From NCBI GenBank assembly GCA_965248435.1, contig OZ252100.1, positions 3,744,001 through 3,808,000 on the forward strand: a stretch of 64,000 bases of DNA. The letters run 5' to 3'. A program made the position numbers and the translations under genes. The DNA comes from Candidatus Latescibacterota bacterium (GTDB lineage Bacteria; Latescibacterota; UBA2968; GCA-2709665). This document shows, piece after piece, positions 39,470 to 49,426 of the stretch; the stretch's first letter is position 1; every line of letters starts with the position of its first letter. The notes beneath the pieces were generated by a model that searched no databases, was not told the origin of the DNA, and was given only the letters and a program-made list of their open reading frames with translations.

Positions 39470-41035
39470 ATGGCCTTTCCGAAGTTCTTTTACAACAACG
39501 ATGGAAGCTTCTTGCTTTACTGCTCCCCGCCGATGACGCCTGAGGAATTCGTCTACGAGTCTGTGGGGCGGTTCATCGGCACGCAGGTAGACGCCGTGGT
39601 CTGTCACATGTACGGTTTCGGCGACGCGGTGCCGCTCTGGCCCACGGAGGTTCCAGGCGCCAAAGGGATCGAGCGGGAGAAGGTCGGTTTCGTGAGCGAA
39701 TGGCGGCAGCAGCAGATTATGAAGCGGTTGTGGGCCGAGGGGGTCGATCCCTGGAAGCTGGCGCTGGAGGCGGCCCACGAGGCCGGGATGCAGTACTGGG
39801 TGGGGAAGCGATTCAACGACCTGCACGGCCCACGCTACGAGTGGCGGAGCGAGTTTCGCGCCCAGCACCCCGAGTATGAGCTTGGCGATCAGTGCGGCTC
39901 GGGTCTGCACGGTCCCGGAAGCGTCTACGGCGAGCGCTGCACCGGTCTGAACTATGCGATCCCCGAGGTGCGTGCGCAGCGTCTGGCGATCGTGGAGGAG
40001 GCCTGCGCGCGATACGACGTGGATGGGTTCGAGTGGGACTTTCAGCGTGAACCAGGACACAGCGTGCCCAACCTTCCAGAAAACGGCTCGATCCTGACCG
40101 ACTACGTGCGCGAGGCGCGAAACAAGCTGAACGGCATCGGCGACCGTCGCGGTCGCTCGCTCGGATTCGGCGTGCGGTGTCCGGTCACGCTGGAGAAGTG
40201 CCACGCCATCGGCTTGGAGCTGGAGACGTGGGTCAAAGAAGGGCTCGTCGACTATCTCGCGCCCGCCCCTCACTGGGACAGCGCCACCGACCTGCCGTTC
40301 GAGGAATTTGTGGCCATCGCGAAAGGCTCGGACTGCCGCATCCTGGGCTGTACATCGGAGCAGGTCGGACCGGGTCAGCATTCCCTCCCACCCGCGGGCG
40401 CCCTGCGCGCCGGGGCGATGAACGCCTGGCAGCAGGGAGTGGATGGTGTCTACGTCTTCAACTTCCATCACCAGACGACCTACAACGTGGATGACTCCGA
40501 TGTGCTGTCACAGCTCGGAGATCCAGAGACACTGGCGTTCAAGGACAAGCTGTATATGGTGACCGGCACCTATGACGCGATGAAGCGGGTCCCTCACGAG
40601 ACGACGATTTTCGAGGGGTGGGTGCATCAGCTTCCCGTGACCCTGAAGGAAGGATCGGGAACCACGGTCCGTTTCCGTGTGGCCGATGACCTGGAGACCG
40701 CTGCGAGGCGAGGTATCCTGGATGCCGTAACGCTCGAGCTGATCGTGGTCTGCCTGACCTCGGAGGATGAGTTCGAATTCAAGCTGAACGGAAGGACGCT
40801 GCCGGAGACGCAGCTTGTCGCCCTGAACCGGCACTACCGGGTCGGCCCCGGCCCGAATGCCTATCACGGGAACTATGCGCTCCGCTACGATGTCAGGGTA
40901 GGGGACTGGATCCGGCAGGGGTGGAACGAGGTGGAGGCCGTGCTCAAGAAGCGGAATTCGGGGATCGAGACAGACTTCGTGTTCCACGATCTGAGCCTGG
41001 AAATCAACTATCGGATTCTGCCGATGCGAGGTTAG
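39470..41035 (+). CDS. GHL10/DUF187-like TIM-barrel putative glycoside hydrolase
   Basis: YNNDG, RFNDLH, LNYAIPEVR, YDVDGFEWDF, DGVYVFN; ATG 39470 after gaggag. Confidence 0.7.
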   Translation: MAFPKFFYNNDGSFLLYCSPPMTPEEFVYESVGRFIGTQVDAVVCHMYGFGDAVPLWPTEVPGAKGIEREKVGFVSEWRQQQIMKRLWAEGVDPWKLALEAAHEAGMQYWVGKRFNDLHGPRYEWRSEFRAQHPEYELGDQCGSGLHGPGSVYGERCTGLNYAIPEVRAQRLAIVEEACARYDVDGFEWDFQREPGHSVPNLPENGSILTDYVREARNKLNGIGDRRGRSLGFGVRCPVTLEKCHAIGLELETWVKEGLVDYLAPAPHWDSATDLPFEEFVAIAKGSDCRILGCTSEQVGPGQHSLPPAGALRAGAMNAWQQGVDGVYVFNFHHQTTYNVDDSDVLSQLGDPETLAFKDKLYMVTGTYDAMKRVPHETTIFEGWVHQLPVTLKEGSGTTVRFRVADDLETAARRGILDAVTLELIVVCLTSEDEFEFKLNGRTLPETQLVALNRHYRVGPGPNAYHGNYALRYDVRVGDWIRQGWNEVEAVLKKRNSGIETDFVFHDLSLEINYRILPMRG

Positions 41036-41097
41036 TTCGTGGATCGTGAATCGTTAATCGTCACCAGAAGAAAATCCCCCCTGCCCCCCTTTACAAA

Positions 41098-42419
41098 GGT
41101 TCTTCGTCAAATGTTGGGGTAGAAAATAGACGAGACAACGGCATCCGACCTATCTTCAGAGTATCCTCTATAAACCTGAAGGTAGAAAGGAGAGCGCGTT
41201 GTCTCAGGTGCAAAGTATATCCTTACTGGGTAGGTGGCAAGGGTTTGTGGTAGTTGGCATTCAACGTCAGGAAGCAGACGTTGTTGGAGTCGAGTTACGT
41301 CCCAAGACAGGCCGCCTTCCTCGGTGTGGTGGTTGCGGGAAGAAGGCGTACCGGGTTCATGATTGGGCAGTGCGATTTGCTCAGGATTTGCCGATCTGGG
41401 GGTCTCGAACCAGGCTGATCGTGCACTCCCGGCGCGTCCTATGTCCCCGATGTGGCTGCCGGACGGAGCAGATTGACTGGCTGGATCGGTATTCACGGGT
41501 CACTCAACGCCTGGCTGAAAGTGTTGTTCGATTGTGCGAAGTCCTGCCCATCCAGCACGTGGCACAGCACTATGGGATGAGCTGGAATACCGTGAAGCGC
41601 ATTCACAAGACCCATCTCCAGCAAGAGCTGGAACCGCCGGATTTTGCCAGGGTCACGGTGATCGGCATGGACGAATTTGCGATCCAAAAGGGCCATCGCT
41701 ACGCCACAGTGATTGTTGACATGGAGACCAAGCGTGTCCTATGGGTGGGTCGCGGCCGAAGTCGAGAGGACATCCGCCCGTTTTTCCACCTCCTTGGAGA
41801 AGAAGGCTGCAAGCAACTTGAGGCCGTGGCGATGGACATGAACGGTGCCTACGAAGAGGAGGTGCGATCCCATTGCCCGGATGTGGACATCATCTATGAC
41901 CTGTATCACGTTAAAGCCAAGTACAACCGCGACGTCGTCGAGCGAGTACGCATCGACGAACTGGGTCGGGTGCGCGGTGGCCGACCCGATCGCAAAGTGA
42001 CTCAGAACCAACGGTGGTTGCTCCTGCGCAGCAAAGCAAATGTCACGAGCAAAGAAGACAGAGTGTCGCTAAGAGAATTGCTTTCTGCAAACAAACGCCT
42101 CTACACGGTATATCTCCTCAAAGAGGATCTCAATCATCTCTGGTCTTATCGATCCAGAGCTGCGGCCAACAGATTCTGGAATCAGTGGTATCGACGCGCC
42201 ATCTACAGCAAGATCGAGCCACTCAAGAAATTCGCACGCAATCTGAAGACGTATATGCCAGGAATCCTAGCTCACTGTGACTATCCCATCGGGACAAGCC
42301 TGATTGAGGGAATTAACAACAAAATCAAGGTCATCAAGCGGATGGCATATGGCTTCAGGGATGATAATTATTTCTTTCTTAGAATCCGCCACGCCTTCCC
42401 CGGAAATCGGTGATGAACC
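41098..42419 (+). mobile_element. ISL3-family insertion sequence, copy 1 (1322 bp)
   Basis: IRs ggttcttcgtcaaatgttgggg / ccccggaaatcggtgatgaacc; 8-bp TSD tttacaaa. Confidence 0.95.
41199..42413 (+). CDS. ISL3-family DDE transposase
   Basis: CxxC zinc finger, GMDEF, VAMDM, DLYHV, EGINNKIKVIKRMAYGFR. Confidence 0.95.
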   Translation: MSQVQSISLLGRWQGFVVVGIQRQEADVVGVELRPKTGRLPRCGGCGKKAYRVHDWAVRFAQDLPIWGSRTRLIVHSRRVLCPRCGCRTEQIDWLDRYSRVTQRLAESVVRLCEVLPIQHVAQHYGMSWNTVKRIHKTHLQQELEPPDFARVTVIGMDEFAIQKGHRYATVIVDMETKRVLWVGRGRSREDIRPFFHLLGEEGCKQLEAVAMDMNGAYEEEVRSHCPDVDIIYDLYHVKAKYNRDVVERVRIDELGRVRGGRPDRKVTQNQRWLLLRSKANVTSKEDRVSLRELLSANKRLYTVYLLKEDLNHLWSYRSRAAANRFWNQWYRRAIYSKIEPLKKFARNLKTYMPGILAHCDYPIGTSLIEGINNKIKVIKRMAYGFRDDNYFFLRIRHAFPGNR

Positions 42420-42479
42420 TTTACAAAGGCTCTTCACCAAATTCCGGGGAGGGTGGGGGATTTCGAGGCAAATACAGAC

Positions 42480-43534
42480 CCTGAGTTCAATAAGGAAGTG
42501 CAACACTTAGGGTAGCAACTGTCCTATCCTAAGTGTATGGGAAACAATTACAAGCATCTTACGATAGACGAACGCGAGCAGATTGCGCTTTGTCGAGCCA
42601 CTGGTGCAAGCCTTAGAGATATTGCCAAGGCCCTTGACCGGAGCGCCAGCACGATTTCAAGAGAGTTGAAACGTAATCCGTCCCCGATAGCTGAGAGTTA
42701 CTCGGGCCTCCAGGCTCACAGAAGGGCTGAGAAACGTAAGCGGGAGGCCGGCAAGCGGAAACGGCTGAAGAATCCGGTTATCCGGCGATATGTCGAGACC
42801 AAACTCAAGCAAGGATGGTCTCCCGAGTTGATCGCTGGGAGGCTTCCCGAGGAGCGTCCGAGCGCGGGTATCAGCCACGAAGCCATCTACCAGTATATCT
42901 ACGATCCAAAGGTGCACAAGCAGCGGGATCTGGTTGCTTGCTTATCCCGAGCTCACAAAAAACGAAAGCCGCGGTGGCATACCCGAAAACACCGGGAAAG
43001 CCACATTCCAGGCCGTATTTCGATCGATCGACGTCCCCGTTACATCGAAAAACGGAAACAACCTGGCCACTGGGAATCCGACACCATCATCTCTCGTGAG
43101 AGCAAACAGGCCGTTGGCGCTTGTCTTGAGCGATCGTCGAGATACCTACACCTGGCTAAGCTGGCAAAGAACGGACCCTCGGAGGTCGCCGAAGCGATTA
43201 ATCGACGCCTTGGGCGACATCCTCCCCACATGAGGAAGAGCATCACATATGACAACGGATCCGAAAACGGCCAACATCAACGGGTCAACGAGGTGCTTGG
43301 CACCAAATCCTATTTCTGCAAACCGTTCCACAGCTGGGAGCGAGGCGCTGTGGAAAACGCTATCGGTCTGGTCCGCAGATACCTCCCCAAGAAGACAGAC
43401 TTCTCAAAGGTCAGCAAACACGAGTTAAAGAAAATTCAGAACCGGATCAACAACCGACCAAGAAAATGTCTTAACTTCAAAACACCAGCTGAAGTCTTCA
43501 AGTCCAAGTGTTGCACTTAGTCATTGAATCCAGC
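42480..43534 (+). mobile_element. IS30-family insertion sequence
   Basis: IRs ctgagttcaataaggaagtgcaacact / agtgttgcacttagtcattgaatccag; apparent 3-bp TSD gac. Confidence 0.9.
42537..43520 (+). CDS. IS30-family transposase
   Basis: STISRELKRN HTH, WSPE, GHWESD, TYDNGSE, WERGAVEN, NNRPRKCL. Confidence 0.95.
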   Translation: MGNNYKHLTIDEREQIALCRATGASLRDIAKALDRSASTISRELKRNPSPIAESYSGLQAHRRAEKRKREAGKRKRLKNPVIRRYVETKLKQGWSPELIAGRLPEERPSAGISHEAIYQYIYDPKVHKQRDLVACLSRAHKKRKPRWHTRKHRESHIPGRISIDRRPRYIEKRKQPGHWESDTIISRESKQAVGACLERSSRYLHLAKLAKNGPSEVAEAINRRLGRHPPHMRKSITYDNGSENGQHQRVNEVLGTKSYFCKPFHSWERGAVENAIGLVRRYLPKKTDFSKVSKHELKKIQNRINNRPRKCLNFKTPAEVFKSKCCT

Positions 43535-43960
43535 GACATGATTCTTGGTCACCAAGCGTTCGCCTCCACCCCACCCAACATCCATGCCTCCGGCGGCCTA
43601 CTTTTCTTGTCTCGCCACAAGAAAAGTAGGCAAAAGAAAGGCTCCGCTCAGGCGCCGCGGGGCTCGGGCCGCGGCACCTTACCCTCAGTGGAAAAAACGA
43701 TCACGGCAGGAAGGCCAAATCCTCACCACGTGCTCACGATCACTGAGGAACCAATCCGCTGGGAGGAGAAATCCACTCCTTGCAAGGTAAGTCGCACACC
43801 GCGGCCCTGACGGACTTGAGTGATACAGTTCGCAAGTTCCAAGACCCTTCACAAATCGGCCAGTTCTACAATTAGAGCACATTACCTTAGCCCCCAACAT
43901 TTGACGAAGAACCTTTACAAAGGGGGGAGAAGCACTCTTCTGGAATAGTCATCCACTAAC

Positions 43961-44074
43961 GCAACCTTCCCCCTTTGGAAAAGCATGTCCCGCCTGCACC
44001 GAGTATGCCCGGAGGGCCGTATCGAGGTGAGCGAGCCTGTGAGTCGAGGGAGGGATTAAGGGGGATTTCACAGC
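43961..44074. repeat. composite nested palindrome repeat (near-identical copy at 45779-45893; simpler form at 56599-56657)
   Basis: cccctttggaaaa-gcatgtcccg-cctgcaccgagta...cgtatcgagg...gtcgaggg-agggattaagggggattt. Confidence 0.85.
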
Positions 44075-44140
44075 GCCAGGCCTCGAGTATGAGGGTGGGC
44101 TAGTCTGGAAATCGAAACCAAGCCAAATACAGGAGGGAGC

Positions 44141-45694
44141 ATGGCCAAGCCACCAAAATTTTTCTATCACAACGACGGGAGTTTTCTGCTCTACTGCGCG
44201 CCGCCGATGACGCCGGAGGAGTTCGTCTACGAGTCCGTCGGACGGTTCATGGGCACGCAGGTGGACGCGGTGGTCTGCCATCAGTTCGGGTTCGGCGACG
44301 CGGTTCCCCTCTGGCCGACTGAGGTGCCCGGCGCCAAGGGCATCGACATGGAGACGGTCGGTTACGTGAGCGAGTGGCGTCAGCAGGAGATCATGCTCAG
44401 GCTGTGGGCTGAGGGGATCGATCCCTGGCAGCTGGCGTTGGAGGCGACGCACGAGGCGGGGATGGAGTACTGGATCGCCAACCGGTTCAACGACCTGCAC
44501 GGCTCCCGCTACCAGTGGAAGAGTGAATGGCGGGTCAGCCATCCGGAGTACGAGCTGGGCGACAAGGCCGCTTCCCCGATGCCCCGCTCAGACAGGCAAA
44601 GTACCGGTCTGAACTTCGCGATTCCGGAGGTGCGCGCCCATCGTCTGGCCCTGGTGGAGGAGGCCTGCACGCGATACGACACGGACGGGTTCGAGTGGGA
44701 CTTCACCCGTCACCCCGGTTACCATTTCCCCGACATGGAAGAGGGCCGGCCGAAACTCACGGAATACATGCGGGAGGCGCGGGCGCTGCTGAACCGTGTC
44801 GGTGAGGCGAGGGGCCGTCCGGTGGGGTTCGGCGTTCGCGTTGCCGGTACGCCGGAGAAATGTCACGAGCTCGGCCTAGAGCTGGAGACCTGGATCAAGG
44901 AGGGGCTGGTCGACTTCGTCTCGCCCTCCTGCTACTGGGATACGGTGACCTATCTTCCGTTCGAGTCGTTCCTGGAGATGGCTAAGGGAACGGACTGCCG
45001 CATCCTGGGCTGTACCTCCGAGCAGGTGGGTCCCGGGGGCCACAGCCGTCCGCCGAAGGCGGCCCTCCGGGCCGGGGCGCTCAATGCCTGGAAGCAGGGT
45101 GTAGACGGGATCTACCTGTTCAACTTCCATCACCAGACGATCGCGAAGATGGATGACCGCGAGGTGTTGTCGCAGCTCGGAGACCCGGCCACGCTCGAGT
45201 TCAGGGACAAGCTGTATGCAGAAGCGCCCGCTCGCGGTGCCGTGAGTTCGTGGCCTTCCGCCCCCTTTTACGAGGGCAGCGACCATCAGCTGCCGCTGAC
45301 ACTGGAGGAGAATTCCGTTGAGACGATCCGTTTTCTGGTGAGTGACGACCTGGAGACAGCAGGCCGGAGAGGGATCCTGGATGCGGTGACCCTCGAATTG
45401 ATCCTCGTTAGCGTGACCTCGGAGGATGCGTTCGAGTTCAAGCTGAATGGAAAGGCCCTGCCGCAGACGGTCCCGCTGGACGTGCCCCAGAACTATACGG
45501 TGGGTCCAGGCCCCAGTGCCTTTCAGGGGAACTATGCGCTTCGATATGATGTAAGGGCAGGGGACTGGGTCAAGCAGGGATGGAATGAGGTGGAGGCGGT
45601 GCTGAGGAAACGGAATCCGAGAGTAAGGACGGAGTTGGTTCTCCACGATTTGAACCTGGAGATCAACTACCGGATTCTGCCGATGCGAGGATGA
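44141..45694 (+). CDS. GHL10/DUF187-like putative glycoside hydrolase, paralog
   Basis: Full-length similarity to 39470-41035. Confidence 0.7.
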   Translation: MAKPPKFFYHNDGSFLLYCAPPMTPEEFVYESVGRFMGTQVDAVVCHQFGFGDAVPLWPTEVPGAKGIDMETVGYVSEWRQQEIMLRLWAEGIDPWQLALEATHEAGMEYWIANRFNDLHGSRYQWKSEWRVSHPEYELGDKAASPMPRSDRQSTGLNFAIPEVRAHRLALVEEACTRYDTDGFEWDFTRHPGYHFPDMEEGRPKLTEYMREARALLNRVGEARGRPVGFGVRVAGTPEKCHELGLELETWIKEGLVDFVSPSCYWDTVTYLPFESFLEMAKGTDCRILGCTSEQVGPGGHSRPPKAALRAGALNAWKQGVDGIYLFNFHHQTIAKMDDREVLSQLGDPATLEFRDKLYAEAPARGAVSSWPSAPFYEGSDHQLPLTLEENSVETIRFLVSDDLETAGRRGILDAVTLELILVSVTSEDAFEFKLNGKALPQTVPLDVPQNYTVGPGPSAFQGNYALRYDVRAGDWVKQGWNEVEAVLRKRNPRVRTELVLHDLNLEINYRILPMRG

Positions 45695-45948
45695 AGGGCC
45701 GGGTACCGGGAAAGCAAAACACGGGTACCGTAAAGCCGTCGTTCGTGGATCGTTAATCGTCGTTCGTAAAGGCAATAGGCAACCTTCTCCCTTTGAAAAA
45801 GCATGTCCCGCCTGCACCGAGTAGGCCCGGAGGGCCGTATCGAGGTGAGCGAGCCTGTGAGTCGAGGGAGGGGATTGAGGGGGATTTCACAGCAGTATGT
45901 GGGTGCGCTTGACTGGAAACCGGAACCAAGTCAGATCAGGAGGGAAGC

Positions 45949-47511
45949 ATGGCCAAGCCACCGAAATTCTTCTACCACAATGACGGGAGCTTTCCGTTCT
46001 ACTTCGCGCCACCGATGTCGCCCGAGGAATTCGTTTACGAGGCAGTGGGACGGTTCATCGGCACGCAGGTCGACGCCGTGGTCTGCCACCAGTTCGGGTT
46101 CGGCGACTCGGTTCCCCTCTGGCCGACCGAGGTGCCCGGCGCCAAGGGCATCGACACGGAGAAGGTCGGCTTTGTGAGCGAGTGGCGTCAGCAGGAGACT
46201 ATGTTCGGGTTGTGGGAAGAGGGGATCGATCCCTGGCAGCTATCCCTCGAGGCCGCGCACGCGGCCGGGATGGAATACTGGGTCGGAAACCGCTTCAACG
46301 ATCTTCACGGTGCCCGCCATCAATGGGCGAGCGAATTCCGGGTCAACCATCCCGAGTACGAGCTGGGTGACAAGGCCGCCTCCCCTATGCCCCGCTCCGA
46401 GAAAAGCAGTTCCGGTCTGAACTTCGCGATCCCGGAAGTACGGGCCCACCGTCTGGCCCTGGTGGAGGAGGCTTGCACGCGTTACGACACGGATGGGTTC
46501 GAGTGGGACTTCACCCGTCACCCCGGTTACCACTTTCCCGACATGGATGAAGGCAGGCCGATGCTCACGGAATACATGCGAGAGGCGCGGGCGCTGCTGA
46601 ACCGCATCGGTGAAGCGAGGGGCCGTCCGGTAGGGTTCGGGATCCGGGTGATCGGTACGCCGGAAAAATGTCACGAGATCGGTCTGGAGCTGGAGACCTG
46701 GATCAAGGAGGGCCTGGTGGACTTCGTTTCCCCCTCGCCCTACTGGGATACGGTGACCTATCTGCCGTTCGAGTCGTTCCTGGAGATGGCCAAGGGGACG
46801 GATTGCCGGATCCTGGGCTGCACGTCGGAGTATGTGGGGCCTGGGGGGCACGGCTGCCCGCCGAAGACGGTCCTGCGGGCCGGGGCGCTGAATGCCTGGA
46901 GGCAGGGCGTGGACGGGATATACATGTTCAACTTTCAGCGCGCGATGCACGCGAAGATGGATGACCGCGAGCTGTTGTCGCAGCTCGGAGATCCGGCCAC
47001 GCTCGAGTTCTTGGACAAGCTCTATGCGGAAACGCCTGCTCACGGTGCCGTGGAATCGTGGCCTTCTCCCCCTTTTTATGAGAGCTGCGACTATCAGTTG
47101 CCACTGGCGCTCGAGGAGAAGTCAAGCGGCCCTGGCGAGACGATCCGCTTTCTGGTGAGCGACGACCTGGAGACAGCCGCCGAGAGGGGTATCCTGGATG
47201 GGGTGACCCTCGAGCTGATCCTTGTCAGCGTGACTTCTAAGGACGCGTTCGAATTCAAACTGAATGGGAAGGTTCTGCCGCAGACGGTCTCCCTGGACGT
47301 TCCGCTCGGGTACATCGTGGGGCCTGGCTCGAATGCCAAACAGGGCAATTATGCGTTCCGATATGATGTGCGGGAGGATGGCTGGATCAAGCAGGGATGG
47401 AATGAAGTGGAAGCAGTGCTGAGGAGGCGGAATCCGAGGGTGGAGACGGAGTTCGTGCTCCACGATCTGAATCTGGAGATCAACTACCGGATTATGCCGA
47501 TGCGAACCTAG
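45949..47511 (+). CDS. GHL10/DUF187-like putative glycoside hydrolase, paralog
   Basis: Highly similar to 44141-45694. Confidence 0.7.
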   Translation: MAKPPKFFYHNDGSFPFYFAPPMSPEEFVYEAVGRFIGTQVDAVVCHQFGFGDSVPLWPTEVPGAKGIDTEKVGFVSEWRQQETMFGLWEEGIDPWQLSLEAAHAAGMEYWVGNRFNDLHGARHQWASEFRVNHPEYELGDKAASPMPRSEKSSSGLNFAIPEVRAHRLALVEEACTRYDTDGFEWDFTRHPGYHFPDMDEGRPMLTEYMREARALLNRIGEARGRPVGFGIRVIGTPEKCHEIGLELETWIKEGLVDFVSPSPYWDTVTYLPFESFLEMAKGTDCRILGCTSEYVGPGGHGCPPKTVLRAGALNAWRQGVDGIYMFNFQRAMHAKMDDRELLSQLGDPATLEFLDKLYAETPAHGAVESWPSPPFYESCDYQLPLALEEKSSGPGETIRFLVSDDLETAAERGILDGVTLELILVSVTSKDAFEFKLNGKVLPQTVSLDVPLGYIVGPGSNAKQGNYAFRYDVREDGWIKQGWNEVEAVLRRRNPRVETEFVLHDLNLEINYRIMPMRT

Positions 47512-47623
47512 GCCATTCTGAGGCCTCACTTGCCGTCGATCGTGGATCGAAAAGCAAAATCTCACCGCAGAGGCGCGGAGACCGCAGAGTAAATCGTAAG
47601 GGGAAAAAGCAAAGGAGAGACAG

Positions 47624-48295
47624 ATGCTGGTGGACCTGGATCAATTCACGGTGTCGCGGTTGAGCGAGGCGGACCGCCTTCCGCCCGAGCGGACGGCGCT
47701 GATCATCGTGGACATGATCAATCGATTCTGCGACGTGGACTGGTGGGTCGAGGAGAGCACCGGGCTGAAAGCCGAAGCGCTGGAGGTTCGGCGGGCGTTC
47801 TTCGAGGAGGAGCTGGCTGAAATCATCCCGAGGATCAGGCTGGTGCTGGATGTCTTTCGCAAGGCGGGCGGGACGGTGGTGCATATGGAGATGGCGAGGC
47901 GAACGAAAGACGGGCGGGACATGGTGCCCTACATGGAGGGCCGGGATTACGATCTGGCGGGCAGCGAGCCGATGTCGGTGATCGATGAGCTGGCGCCGAT
48001 CGAGGGCGAGATGGTGATCCAGAAGCCGACGAGCTCCTCGTTTACGGGGACGGGATTGGACTTCATGCTTCGTAACGCGGGGATCGAACACGTGGTCCTC
48101 TCCGGCCAGTTCGGGGACGCCTGCGTGTTCTATACGCTGATTCAGAGCCGGGAATTCGGATATAAGAACAGCTGGGTGGAAGACGCGGTGCTCTACCAGA
48201 CACAGGGGACGAAGGACATTATGCCGTGTCTGATCGGATCGCGGTGGGCGAATCTGGTGAGGGCGGAGCAGCTTGCGGCGATACTGAAGGCGTGA
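47624..48295 (+). CDS. isochorismatase-family cysteine hydrolase
   Basis: ALIIVDM, QKPTSSSF, GDACV (D-K-C triad). Confidence 0.88.
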   Translation: MLVDLDQFTVSRLSEADRLPPERTALIIVDMINRFCDVDWWVEESTGLKAEALEVRRAFFEEELAEIIPRIRLVLDVFRKAGGTVVHMEMARRTKDGRDMVPYMEGRDYDLAGSEPMSVIDELAPIEGEMVIQKPTSSSFTGTGLDFMLRNAGIEHVVLSGQFGDACVFYTLIQSREFGYKNSWVEDAVLYQTQGTKDIMPCLIGSRWANLVRAEQLAAILKA

Positions 48296-48444
48296 AACAG
48301 ACGGCGGACGATAGACGGCAGACCGCGAGATGATTTCGCCCTCTGGTTTTAGCGGTCTGCGGTCCGTGGTCCGTGGTCGTGTATGGCTTCACTAGGTCTC
48401 ACCACACCGATCCCCGGTTCACCATCAACAGAATTGATCTGAAA

Positions 48445-49400
48445 GTGAATGTAGACCTCAAGCAACTGAAAGAAGATGGGTTCATCATCCTGCGCGAGGT
48501 GATTCCGCCGGATCAACTCGAAGGGCTGCGGAAAGATTTCGAGACGCTGGTCGACGAGACCGCGGTCCGGCGAAGTGGCATCGCGACATCAATCCGACGA
48601 ACGAAGGGCCGCTTCGCGGCCTGCAGATCGACCTGCTCGAAAACGCTCCGGGCTATCTGCAGTGGAACATCCCCTTGTATGACGACGATGTGCTGTGGGT
48701 CATTCCCGGAAGCCACCGCCGGTCGAACACGGACGAGGAGAACCGCCAGCTGGACGAGGACCCCTGTGTTCCCCTCCCGAATGGCCTTCAGGTGGAGCTG
48801 GAGGCCGGCGACGGGGTGGTGTATACGAACACGATCCTCCACTGGGGCAGCAACTACAGCGCCAAGCTGCGCAGGACAGTCCATCTGGGCTACCGTTCAT
48901 TCGGCGGCCCGGTCTTTCCGTACGTCAACGGCTTTGTTCGAGATCTCGGATTCACCCGGTATCTGTCGGAATCCGGCCGCCAGCTGTATGATCGACTCGC
49001 GGCGTTTTATGTGGAGGAGTGCGATACCATCACTTCGCTTCTTCGCGCCACACTGAGCAAGGACGTGGGATCATTTGAGGATGCACTATCCACACTTCAT
49101 CCTGCTGAACCTGCGCGGATCGTCTGTCTGATCCTCCTCTCGAAACTGGTCTACGGGTTCCGGTTCGGTTCTAACGTTTCTTTGCTTCATCTGCGTAGTT
49201 GGTCTGAGCACGAGGAAATCGGGCCTCGTTTTTCACAGGACGAAATCGATACGCTCTGGCAGCGTTTCTCGACGCTGGACGGGAAGCTCAGGTCTGATGA
49301 AGAACAGTATGTTCCCGGATTTCAGTCGGGCCCGATGGAATACGTCTTCCAGGACTTACCGGAAGATTTCGACGTGGAGGAGTTCATCGCCAGCTGGTGA
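48445..49400 (+). pseudogene. PhyH-family dioxygenase duplicate with internal deletion and frameshift
   Basis: Matches 49427-50614 at both ends but lacks roughly 230 bp near 48555 and changes frame. Confidence 0.85.
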
Positions 49401-49426
49401 TGATGGCAATGGGGACCCAAGTATCG

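Larger units (their letters stand above)
42428..43913 (-). mobile_element. non-autonomous ISL3-ended element (~430 bp) interrupted by IS30
   Basis: Ends ggctcttcaccaaattccgggg and ccccaacatttgacgaagaacc (exact reverse complement of ISL3 IRL); tttacaaa on both sides. Confidence 0.85.
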
